DNA of 64,000 nt. Source: an uncultured Bacilli bacterium (GTDB taxonomy: Bacteria; Bacillota_I; Bacilli_A; RF39; UBA660). The position numbers were made by a program, and so were the translations under genes. The stretch spans positions 3,282-67,281 of the forward strand of contig CAKOLW010000003.1 of assembly GCA_934096405.1 (NCBI GenBank). The letters are read 5' to 3'. Positions 28,309 to 36,350 of this stretch are shown one piece after another; the first letter of the stretch is position 1; the number at the start of each line of letters is the position of its first letter. A model generated the notes under the pieces. That model had not been told where the DNA came from. It saw only the letters and a list, made by a program, of their open reading frames with translations, and searched no databases.

Positions 28309-29622
28309 ATGAATAAAAGTATTGATGAATTAATTTCTTATGTAGAAAAACTACCTAAATCTAAAACTTATCGTGAATGTATAAGTAATTTAAATTTAAT
28401 AGTTAAATATATAGAAGAAAATAATTTAATTATAACACCTGAAATATTTATGAGTATATTAAATAATAATAAATTTAATTATATAATTAAAACTGTGGTA
28501 GAAAGTAATTTCTTTGCTATTAAAGAGAATAAATTAGATATGATATTTAGTAATTCTACAATTATTTCTTTAATAGAACTTTATTGTATGCTTAATAATG
28601 TAGAGATAGAAGAATATAGTGAAAAAATAAAAGAAGATGCACTAGTTTATAATGGAGATACGGATGATTCTTTAACTATATATTTAAATAGTATTAATTT
28701 ACCTTTATTATCTATAAATGAAGAAAGAAGATTAGGATACTTAGTTTTACAGGGAGACCAAAAAGCAAGAAAGAAATTAATTGAACATAATTTAAGATTA
28801 GTTGTTTCTATTGCTAAACAATATTGTGGTAAGTCTGCATTAAGTATGCTTGATTTAATACAAGAAGGAAATATAGGACTTATGACTGCTGTAGATAAAT
28901 ATGATGTTACTAAAGAAATAAGATTTTCTACTTATGCTACTTGGTGGATTAAACAAAGTATATCAAGAGCTAGTTATGAAAAAGGTAGAAATATTAGAAT
29001 TCCTGTTCATAAAGTTGATGGTTTATCAAAATATAAAAGAGCTAAAGAAAGATTATTACAAGAAGTGGGAGAAGATTTAACTTTAAAAGATATAGCAGCT
29101 AAATTAGGTATTACTTTAGATGAAGCTTTAGAATATGAAAGATTATTTAATGATACTTTGAGTGCTAATGATTATATTGCTGAAGATTCAGATATTAGTG
29201 TATTAGATACAATAACTGATGAAAAAGATGATATAGAAAATATTTATTTCAAATATGATATGATAAGTTCTGTTGATGAATTTTTGGAAAGTAGTAATTT
29301 AACTGATAATGAAAAGTATGTTGTAATAAATAGATACGGAATAAATAAAAATAGAGAAAAAACGTTAGAAGAAATTGGTAAAACTTTAAATGTTACTAGA
29401 GAAAGAGTTAGACAAATGGAAAATAAAGCTTTAATAAAATTAGTTAGAAATGCAAATAATGTGTCTTTAGCAGATTATTTTGATAATGCAGAAGAAATAA
29501 AAGAAAGACTTAAATATATAAGGCAAAAAATTAGAACTAATAATTGTACTTCAAAAATAGAAAATTTGCATAAAGAAGCTACAAGAGTATTAAAAACTGA
29601 AGGTGGTAAATATGAATTATAA
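28309..29622 (+). CDS. RpoD-like sigma-70 family factor with long N- and C-terminal extensions
   Basis: Regions 1.2-2.4 ([50 protein letters not shown]), region 3, and region 4.2 (TLEEIGKTLNVTRERVRQMENKALIKL). About 130 aa at the N-terminus and about 60 aa at the C-terminus are unassigned. Confidence 0.8.
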   Translation: MNKSIDELISYVEKLPKSKTYRECISNLNLIVKYIEENNLIITPEIFMSILNNNKFNYIIKTVVESNFFAIKENKLDMIFSNSTIISLIELYCMLNNVEIEEYSEKIKEDALVYNGDTDDSLTIYLNSINLPLLSINEERRLGYLVLQGDQKARKKLIEHNLRLVVSIAKQYCGKSALSMLDLIQEGNIGLMTAVDKYDVTKEIRFSTYATWWIKQSISRASYEKGRNIRIPVHKVDGLSKYKRAKERLLQEVGEDLTLKDIAAKLGITLDEALEYERLFNDTLSANDYIAEDSDISVLDTITDEKDDIENIYFKYDMISSVDEFLESSNLTDNEKYVVINRYGINKNREKTLEEIGKTLNVTRERVRQMENKALIKLVRNANNVSLADYFDNAEEIKERLKYIRQKIRTNNCTSKIENLHKEATRVLKTEGGKYEL

Positions 29623-30460
29623 GGAACAAACAGAAAAAATTTATAATGAGGTTATAGAGAATAAAGATGTTGAAATCATCAAAAGTGCTGAATTAAGATA
29701 TGTTAAAAGAATTAAAAGAGAATTAGCAAATTATAATAATGTTGCATCTAAATATATGGAAGATGATGGTAAATATTATTTATTTGTTAAATATCAAGAA
29801 GAAAGATTACCTTTTGAAGAAATTAAAATTATGTACGATAGAGCTACAGAAGCTTATTTAAATGGTAATAATGGATTATGTATTCATATTTTAAGAGAAT
29901 TATTAAAGCGTGAAGGTTTTAATATGAGAGTATTTGCTAAATTAGGTATGGCTTATTATAAATGTCAAAATACAAATATGGCTATTAAATATTTAACAGT
30001 AGCTAATGTTATAAGTAAAAATATTAAGGGTAGATTTAATTTTGATGAATTGTTATTAGTACTTAGTAGTAGTAAAGGGATGGATAAAAAAGATTTAAAA
30101 CCAGTAGTATTAATGAAGGAAGAAGAATTTATTAATAAGGAAAATAATTATGATGAGTTATTTAATAAACTTTATAATTATTTAGTAGTAAATAAAGTTA
30201 ATTTTACTGATGGTTGTGTAGCTCTTGGTTTAAGTGATGAGGAAATTAATATTATGGCTTTAGTGTTTGCTAAGAATTATTATATACATCATGAAGTAGC
30301 TTTTGGAGATTTGTTTGTTAAGTTTTATGAAAAGAGAAATGGTAAGACTTTAAATACTAAGTTAATGTATAATGAATTAGTTAATAAAAAGAAAATTTAT
30401 TTAAACAAAGAATTAGATGAAGATATTAAAAGTCTGAGTTTAGCTATAAAAGTTAAGTAA
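29612..30460 (+). CDS. Hypothetical protein, apparently translationally coupled to the sigma paralog
   Basis: ATG at 29612 follows AAGGTGG and lies inside the 3' end of the sigma gene. The product is helical, with a TPR-like stretch (LGMAYYKCQNTNMAIKYL). Confidence 0.5.
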   Translation: MNYKEQTEKIYNEVIENKDVEIIKSAELRYVKRIKRELANYNNVASKYMEDDGKYYLFVKYQEERLPFEEIKIMYDRATEAYLNGNNGLCIHILRELLKREGFNMRVFAKLGMAYYKCQNTNMAIKYLTVANVISKNIKGRFNFDELLLVLSSSKGMDKKDLKPVVLMKEEEFINKENNYDELFNKLYNYLVVNKVNFTDGCVALGLSDEEINIMALVFAKNYYIHHEVAFGDLFVKFYEKRNGKTLNTKLMYNELVNKKKIYLNKELDEDIKSLSLAIKVK

Positions 30461-30468
30461 AGTTTAAT

Positions 30469-30497
30469 AAAAGTAGTTGTAATAGACTACTTTTTTT
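30469..30497 (+). terminator. Intrinsic terminator, homologous to the polC terminator
   Basis: AAAAGTAGT-tgtaatag-ACTACTTTTTTT. Confidence 0.8.
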
Positions 30498-30502
30498 GAT
30501 AA

Positions 30503-30690
30503 AATTAAAGAGTAAAAAGTAGAAGGAGTACAGAACTATGGAAAGAATAATTCTCTTTGATTTAAGTACCAAACTTGGTACGAATTTCGGGGGGGGTTAA
30601 AAATAATGCCTCTCATAGTTTTTTCGTTATATTAAATTCATAGGCATCAGTCTATGAGTTTTTTAGTGCTCTAAAAAATGGAGGCAAAAG
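30503..30690 (+). promoter_or_regulatory. Conserved 5' leader L1 of paralog P4: short ORF, G8 tract and two terminator-like hairpins
   Basis: TGATAAAAT extended -10 at 30497..30505. The conserved box AATTAAAGAGTAAAAAGTAGAAGGAG precedes a 20-codon ORF at 30538..30600 (MERIILFDLSTKLGTNFGGG). G8 lies at 30589..30596. Hairpin 1 ends CTCATAG plus T6 (30612..30624). Hairpin 2 is TCATAG-gcatcagt-CTATGA plus T6 (30638..30664). The 5' and 3' parts are near-identical to 58724..58908. Confidence 0.6.
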
Positions 30691-32211
30691 ATGAAGGAAA
30701 GAAAATATGCTTTGTTTGGAATAATTACAACAATAATTTTAATAATTGGAACTACACTAGCATACTTTAAATTTCAAGTATTTGGAAATAAAAAAGTAAT
30801 AAATGTGGAATCAACTAACTTACAAATAATATTTAATAATGGAGATAGTACATTTGAAGGAAATGCTTTAGAACCAGGTAATTATGATGAAATAAAGACA
30901 TTTAGTGTTAAAAACGAAACAGATACAGAGTTTAAATATAATATAATAATAAAAGATTTAATAAATACATTTGTAACAAAAGGTTATTTAGTATATAAAA
31001 TAACTAATACATCAAATAATGGAGGATACAGTATGAATGATTTTGAAGATATACCAAAATCATCAATAGCTTTAGATATAGGACTAGCATATAATATAAC
31101 TATTCCATCAGGAGTAACACAGGATTATACTATAGAGATAAAGTATTTAAATGATCCAAGTTATGATCAATCAGATGATATGGAAAAAGAAGTATCAGGA
31201 AGTATTTATATAGCAAAAGGAACAGAACCAACATTTATAACAAAAATATTAGAACAGAATAAAACAATAAGTGAAAGAACTAATTTTAAAGTAACTAATA
31301 CAGATAAAACAACAGGAACAATATATAAAACAAATAAAACAGAAGACTCTAGTGATGTATATTATTATTCAGGTAATACAATAAATAACTGGGTTAAGTT
31401 TGGAAAGTATACAACGGATGATACTTCAAGTAAAAAATTATGGAAATCTGGAGACGATATGTACTGGAGAATAATAAGAACCAATGAAGATGGGAGTGTA
31501 AGACTATTATATTCTGGAACAAGTCCAGATACAACAGAAGGCTATATAGGAACCTCAGCATTTAATAATTCAACTAAAGATCCATTGTATGTAGGTTATA
31601 TGTATGGAACAAGTGGTTCATTAGAAAGTAATAGAACAAATGAAAATGATAGTACAATAAAAACTGTAATTGACAAGTGGTATCAAAATAATTTACTAAA
31701 TGATTATGATAAATATATAAGTAAATCAGCAATATATTGTAATGATAGAAATGCTAGTAATTATGCTTTAGAAGGAACATATTATTCTAGCGCATACAAT
31801 AGAATTGAACAAGGATCGCCTACTTTAAAATGCGAAAATAAAAGTGATTCATTTAGTTATAATAATACAAGTGCAAAATTAAAATATCCTATAGCATTAG
31901 TAACTACAGATGAATTAAATTTTGCTGGAGGATATCTACTTAGAGCTGAAGGCATTTATTTTACAGTTAATAGTAATAATCTTTCAATTACTAATACACT
32001 ATTTTGGTGGACAATGAGTCCTTGGGGACTATACACTACGATAGCAGATACCTTCAGAGTAAAAGATACAGGAGTAATAAATGGAAACAATGTTTCATTT
32101 TTATTTGCAGTTAGACCTGTTATATCTGTATCATCATGTGCAAGAGTTAAATCAGGTAATGGAACAGCAGATAATCCATATGTAGTAGATGAAGAAGCTA
32201 GCACTTGCTAG
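30691..32211 (+). CDS. Paralog P4: TasA/SipW-type signal plus N-terminal domain plus conserved core (mosaic subtype)
   Basis: Signal IIGTTLAYFKFQVFG. The core has TGTIYKTNKTEDSSDVYYYSGNTINNWVKFG, YWRIIRTNEDGSVRLLY, YVGYMYGTSGSLESNRTNEN, AIYCNDRN, YPIALVTTDE, WWTMSP, VRPVISVSSC and NPYVVDEEASTC. Confidence 0.85.
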   Translation: MKERKYALFGIITTIILIIGTTLAYFKFQVFGNKKVINVESTNLQIIFNNGDSTFEGNALEPGNYDEIKTFSVKNETDTEFKYNIIIKDLINTFVTKGYLVYKITNTSNNGGYSMNDFEDIPKSSIALDIGLAYNITIPSGVTQDYTIEIKYLNDPSYDQSDDMEKEVSGSIYIAKGTEPTFITKILEQNKTISERTNFKVTNTDKTTGTIYKTNKTEDSSDVYYYSGNTINNWVKFGKYTTDDTSSKKLWKSGDDMYWRIIRTNEDGSVRLLYSGTSPDTTEGYIGTSAFNNSTKDPLYVGYMYGTSGSLESNRTNENDSTIKTVIDKWYQNNLLNDYDKYISKSAIYCNDRNASNYALEGTYYSSAYNRIEQGSPTLKCENKSDSFSYNNTSAKLKYPIALVTTDELNFAGGYLLRAEGIYFTVNSNNLSITNTLFWWTMSPWGLYTTIADTFRVKDTGVINGNNVSFLFAVRPVISVSSCARVKSGNGTADNPYVVDEEASTC

Positions 32212-32263
32212 GATGAAATGTTTGTAAAACTTATAAAAAATGTTATAATTTACTTGACAAAGC

Positions 32264-32292
32264 ATACTAATTATTGTATTATTTAATACGTA
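32264..32292 (+). promoter_or_regulatory. Sigma-A-type promoter of the infC-rpmI-rplT operon
   Basis: TTGACA (32264..32269), 17 nt spacer, TATTAT (32287..32292). A TGTTATAAT extended -10 also lies at 32241..32249. Confidence 0.55.
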
Positions 32293-32299
32293 GAAAAGA

Positions 32300-32400
32300 G
32301 AAAGAAGTGTATCCACACTCACCTGACTGACTAAGTTGGTAGGTAAAATGCTTAATATTGTTTAAGTTTTTAGAGTGGATACGTTTGTATTCACTTTTTA
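32300..32400 (+). promoter_or_regulatory. Probable ribosomal protein L20 leader
   Basis: The position upstream of infC matches Firmicute L20 leaders. A long helix GTATCCACACTC...GAGTGGATAC encloses ACCTGACTGACTAAGTTGGTAGGT. It is followed by GTATTCACTTTTT, which can pair alternatively with upstream AAGTG. Confidence 0.5.
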
Positions 32401-32421
32401 TTATATGTGGAGGTGTTTAGT

Positions 32422-32940
32422 ATAGCTAAACAAGATAATGTTCTTATAAATGAACAAATTAAATTTAACGAAGTAATGGTAATTGGACCTAATGGAGAAA
32501 AATTAGGTGTCAAAAAAATTGAGGATGCTAGAACTTTAGCTAATTATGCTGGACTGGATTTAGTTTTAATGAGTTCATCAGGTATGCCTGTATGTAAAGT
32601 TATAGACTATAATAAGTTTAAGTATGAGAAAACTAAAAAGGAAAAAGAAGCTAAAAAAAGACAAAGAGAACAAAACTTAGAATTAAAAGAGTATCGTTTG
32701 AGCGTTACTATTGATGTTCATGACTTTGAAACTAAACTTAAAAATGCTAGAAGTTATGTAGAAAAAGGTCATAAAGTAAAAGTATCAGTGAGATTTAAAG
32801 GTAGACAAATAGCACATCCAGAGCTTGGAAAAGATGTTATTGTTAGATTTGCTGATAGACTAAGTGATGTTGGAGAAATTAGCGAATTACCAAAACTTGA
32901 GGGAAGAAGTATAAGTTTAGTCGTAGCACCTAAAAAATAA
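32422..32940 (+). CDS. infC: Translation initiation factor IF-3, probable non-canonical ATA start
   Basis: IAKQDNVLINEQIKFNEVMVIGPNGEKLGV is a canonical IF-3 N-terminus. GGAGGTG (32409..32415) lies 6 nt upstream of the in-frame ATA at 32422. The track's GTG at 32407 sits inside that SD and has no SD of its own. Confidence 0.85.
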   Translation: MAKQDNVLINEQIKFNEVMVIGPNGEKLGVKKIEDARTLANYAGLDLVLMSSSGMPVCKVIDYNKFKYEKTKKEKEAKKRQREQNLELKEYRLSVTIDVHDFETKLKNARSYVEKGHKVKVSVRFKGRQIAHPELGKDVIVRFADRLSDVGEISELPKLEGRSISLVVAPKK

Positions 32941-32956
32941 AGAAGGAGAGATAAAT

Positions 32957-33151
32957 ATGCCAAAACAAAAGACACATAAAGGAATAGCTAAAAAAGTAAC
33001 TAAAAGAAATAGTGGAAGTCTTAAAATAGGACATCCAGGAGCAAACCATAAAACAGGAAAGAAACCAACAAGTTTCAATAGAAATCATAGAGAACAAAGC
33101 ACATTAAGTAGTGCTGATATGAACAGATATAAGAAAGCGTTAAGGGGGTAA
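32957..33151 (+). CDS. rpmI: 50S ribosomal protein L35
   Basis: MPKQKTHKGIAKKVTKR...; conserved operon position. Confidence 0.95.
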   Translation: MPKQKTHKGIAKKVTKRNSGSLKIGHPGANHKTGKKPTSFNRNHREQSTLSSADMNRYKKALRG

Positions 33152-33156
33152 TGTAG

Positions 33157-33687
33157 ATGACAAGAGTTAAAGGCGGAACTGTAACAAGAGCAAGAAGAAA
33201 AAAAGTATTAAAACAAGCAAAAGGATATTTTGGAAGTAAACATAGACTATATAAAACTGCTCAAGAACAATTAATGCATAGTGGTAGATATAGTTTCAAT
33301 GATAGAAAGAAAAATAAGGGTAACTTTAGAAAAATTTGGATTACAAGAATTAATGCTGCTTGTAGAATGAATGACATTAGTTATAGTAAGTTTATAGATG
33401 GACTTAATAAAGCTGGTGTTGAAATTAACAGAAAGATGTTAAGTGAATTAGCAATCCAAGATATGAATGAATTTACTAAATTAGTAAATATTGCTAAAGA
33501 TGCTTTAAATGGTAAAGTAAAAAAAGCTGTAGAAACTAAAGAAGTAAAAAGTGAAGTTAAAAAAGAAACTAAGAAAGATGGTTTAGAATCTAAAACAGTT
33601 GCTGAATTAAAAGAATTAGCTAAAGAAAAAGGAATTGAAGGTTACACTACAATGAAAAAAGCAGATTTATTAAATGCTTTAAAGTAG
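33157..33687 (+). CDS. rplT: 50S ribosomal protein L20 with a C-terminal Lys/Glu linker and Rho_N/SAP-like extension
   Basis: The L20 core is [32 protein letters not shown]...NIAKDAL (about 118 aa). It is followed by [21 protein letters not shown] and then [33 protein letters not shown]. Confidence 0.9.
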   Translation: MTRVKGGTVTRARRKKVLKQAKGYFGSKHRLYKTAQEQLMHSGRYSFNDRKKNKGNFRKIWITRINAACRMNDISYSKFIDGLNKAGVEINRKMLSELAIQDMNEFTKLVNIAKDALNGKVKKAVETKEVKSEVKKETKKDGLESKTVAELKELAKEKGIEGYTTMKKADLLNALK

Positions 33688-33764
33688 AAAAGTAATCTTC
33701 TTTTTTATGTAGGAAGTATTGAAGTTTATGGTTTCTTATGATAAATTATAAGTGAGGAATAATT

Positions 33765-34115
33765 ATGAATATAAAAGATAAATTTAAAATTAAGAAGTTT
33801 TATTTAGAAAAGAAGAAAGAGTTATTACTAAACTTAAAAAAGAATGTTACCTTAATTGATTGTTGTTCACCTAATGGGTATTTTTTGTGCCAACATGAAC
33901 TAAAAGATAGTGTTGTGAATGGGTATTTATATAGTAATATAACGGAAGATGAAATAAAGTATTTAAAAGATTTAGCTGATAGAGATGGTATAAATTTTAA
34001 TGTTAAGTTTTCACCATATAGACCATTTGAATTTGTTGCAACAACTGAATATATAAATAATAATATTGGTTCTTTTAAGAGAAAGAAAGTTAAATATTTT
34101 AATTGTTATTATTAA
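33765..34115 (+). CDS. Small hypothetical protein, tandem paralog A
   Basis: Shares IKKFYLEKKKELLLNLK, EIKYLKDL and KFSPYRP with the next ORF. Confidence 0.5.
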   Translation: MNIKDKFKIKKFYLEKKKELLLNLKKNVTLIDCCSPNGYFLCQHELKDSVVNGYLYSNITEDEIKYLKDLADRDGINFNVKFSPYRPFEFVATTEYINNNIGSFKRKKVKYFNCYY

Positions 34116-34133
34116 TATCAATAAGGATATATT

Positions 34134-34445
34134 ATGAATAAAGAAGAAAAAATTAAAATTAAGAAGTTATATTTGATGATGAAAAAAGAATTACTATTAA
34201 AGTTAAAAGGTAAAGTGAAATGTTATAAATTTGGTAAAAATATATATTTTGTGAAAAATAATTATAAGAATATTAGTGTACAAAAATATTTAACAAGTGA
34301 TTATGAAGAAAAAAATGTAAGATATTTAAAAGAATTAGTAGAAAATAATAATTTATCTTTTCAGATTAAATATTCTCCTTATAGACCAGTTACTATTTCT
34401 CCTACTAGTGAATTTATAAGAAAATATTATAGATTTATAAAATAA
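34134..34445 (+). CDS. Small hypothetical protein, tandem paralog B
   Basis: IKKLYLMMKKELLLKLK, VRYLKEL, KYSPYRP. Confidence 0.5.
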   Translation: MNKEEKIKIKKLYLMMKKELLLKLKGKVKCYKFGKNIYFVKNNYKNISVQKYLTSDYEEKNVRYLKELVENNNLSFQIKYSPYRPVTISPTSEFIRKYYRFIK

Positions 34446-34602
34446 GTGATATTTTTAATAATATTAATGCTAAATTTGTGAAATAAATGCAAAAATGTTA
34501 AAAATAATGAAAATTTATTAAGTTTAAATTCTTATACTTGTATATAAAATTATATATACTATTGAAGAATTTGATATAATGTAATTTATTTTATACAAAG
34601 TA

Positions 34603-34631
34603 TTGACAAACTATACTTTATATGGTACAAT
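34603..34631 (+). promoter_or_regulatory. Sigma-A-type promoter with an extended -10
   Basis: TTGACA (34603..34608), 17 nt spacer ending in TGG, TACAAT (34626..34631). The track's TTG start at 34603 is this -35 hexamer. Confidence 0.65.
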
Positions 34632-34677
34632 TATATCACTTGATGGTAATACACATGTTAAAAAGGGGGAATTAAGA

Positions 34678-35001
34678 ATGTGTACTAATAGTGAAAATCA
34701 AATTAAAATAACTTTAGGAAAGAGAATTTATGAAGTATTAAAAAATGAATATCTTCAATGTTTAAGAACTTATCTTAGAGCTAACAAGAGAGTGGATTTA
34801 AGTGAAATTAATCCAATGGTATCTATTCCTACTGATTTTAGAATAGGTAATGTAGTTATGGATGGACAAGTTCTTGCAGTAACTAAAAAATATATGAATA
34901 TTAATGGACTTGATTTTGAATATATTTATGGTGATGATGGTTACGTATATTTTAATATAAGTTCACTTATAGAAGAAAAAAGTAAAAGTAAAAAGGCCTA
35001 A
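34678..35001 (+). CDS. Hypothetical protein (107 aa)
   Basis: ATG at 34678 (MCTNSENQ) follows AAGGGGGA and lies downstream of the promoter above. Confidence 0.5.
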   Translation: MCTNSENQIKITLGKRIYEVLKNEYLQCLRTYLRANKRVDLSEINPMVSIPTDFRIGNVVMDGQVLAVTKKYMNINGLDFEYIYGDDGYVYFNISSLIEEKSKSKKA

Positions 35002-35018
35002 TCTTGTAGGCCTTTTTT
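34991..35018. terminator. Bidirectional terminator between convergent genes
   Basis: AAAAGGCCTA-atcttg-TAGGCCTTTT, with A/T runs on both sides. It overlaps both stop codons. Confidence 0.8.
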
Positions 35019-36251
35019 GTTAAATTCTTTATGAAGAGCATGTGTACTCCATAATAGAGCATATTTATTTTGATTTATTATAAAATCAAATTCTCCAATG
35101 TATTCAAATACTTTTGGATTCCAACTTAATTTAAAATCATTTAATCCTTTATATGGATTGTTACTATCATTTGTACCAGTTATACCATTTAAATCTAAGA
35201 AACTATAACCATCATTTTTATACTTATTTATAATCATATAATGTAAATAATGATTTGGAAGTAATCTCTTATAACTTTTAATAAATCCACTAGTATATAT
35301 AGTAGCAACATTTTTATATTTTATAACTATTGCACCTGCAACAACTTCTTTAGCTGTTCCCTTTAAAATCTTTTCGTTTACGTCTGTCATTTCATTATTT
35401 AAATCATTAAGTTTTTTATCACTTAATGTTTTTTCATTATAAACTTGTCTATTTTGAGGATCCTGTTGGAATAATTTATTTAATTTTTCATTTATGTCAA
35501 GTTCAATTAAAATTTCTTCTTGGAGATTTTCTAAATATTCATGATATGCTACATCTACTAAATATAAATCAACCATTCCTTTAGCATCAAAAGTTTTATA
35601 CAAGTATTTATAAAAGTCTGGGTTAATATCATCTTTTCTTTTAACTAATTCATATAAATCATTTAAATTATATATATCTCCTTTATATATGTTTAATCCT
35701 TTTTGACCAATTCTTTCTAGGTTAGATTGTAATTTTTTATCTAAGTTATTAAAATTAAAAGTTTTTAAATTTAATATTGGATTATATTTTGGTAATAAAC
35801 TTTCAAAATATATATTATCTTTTAATTTTTGATATTTGTTTTGTACTAAATCAAATATAATATTATTACCAACTTGATTAACTACTTTAGTATTATCTAT
35901 TATATTTACATTGCTATATATAACTAATGGATTTATTTTAATAAAAGCATAGTTCTTTTTATTAAAATATTTTCTTAATGAAGTAGAGAAGTCTTCTAGT
36001 AATTCAGTGTTGGTATAATCAATTAAAAATCCTCTAGGACTATATCCATATTTAACATTTAAAGAAATATTTTTTTCTAATATTAAAGAAGCACCTACAA
36101 GTTCATTATTTATATAACCACCTATATAAATATCTTTATAACCACATTTACTCATAAATTCTCCGTAAGTACTTGTTTCATAAAAACTTCCTAATGGATG
36201 TTTGGATGAAAAATCATCAAAAGTATTCTTGTCTATTTCTTTAATAGTCAT
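34998..36251 (-). CDS. FemAB-family peptidoglycan interpeptide-bridge aminoacyltransferase
   Basis: 417 aa. It has two GNAT-like halves separated by a coiled-coil insert (LENLQEEILIELDINEKLNKL), which is the FemA/FemX/MurM architecture. The N-terminus is FSSKHPLGSFYETSTYGEF. Confidence 0.65.
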   Translation of the reverse strand: MTIKEIDKNTFDDFSSKHPLGSFYETSTYGEFMSKCGYKDIYIGGYINNELVGASLILEKNISLNVKYGYSPRGFLIDYTNTELLEDFSTSLRKYFNKKNYAFIKINPLVIYSNVNIIDNTKVVNQVGNNIIFDLVQNKYQKLKDNIYFESLLPKYNPILNLKTFNFNNLDKKLQSNLERIGQKGLNIYKGDIYNLNDLYELVKRKDDINPDFYKYLYKTFDAKGMVDLYLVDVAYHEYLENLQEEILIELDINEKLNKLFQQDPQNRQVYNEKTLSDKKLNDLNNEMTDVNEKILKGTAKEVVAGAIVIKYKNVATIYTSGFIKSYKRLLPNHYLHYMIINKYKNDGYSFLDLNGITGTNDSNNPYKGLNDFKLSWNPKVFEYIGEFDFIINQNKYALLWSTHALHKEFNKKGLQD

Positions 36252-36350
36252 ACATAATCACTCCTAGTTATGATTATAACATAATTATTAAATTAATTGT
36301 AGTTTTTTCTTTTTTATTATTGTATAATTAAGGTAATAGAAGGTGAATAT

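Noticed and set aside
30589-30596. G-quadruplex or simple sequencing artefact as the explanation for the poly-G tracts
   Set aside because: A single G-run cannot form an intramolecular quadruplex. An artefact is unlikely to occur twice at the same relative position of two homologous leaders. Tract length should still be verified in the reads.
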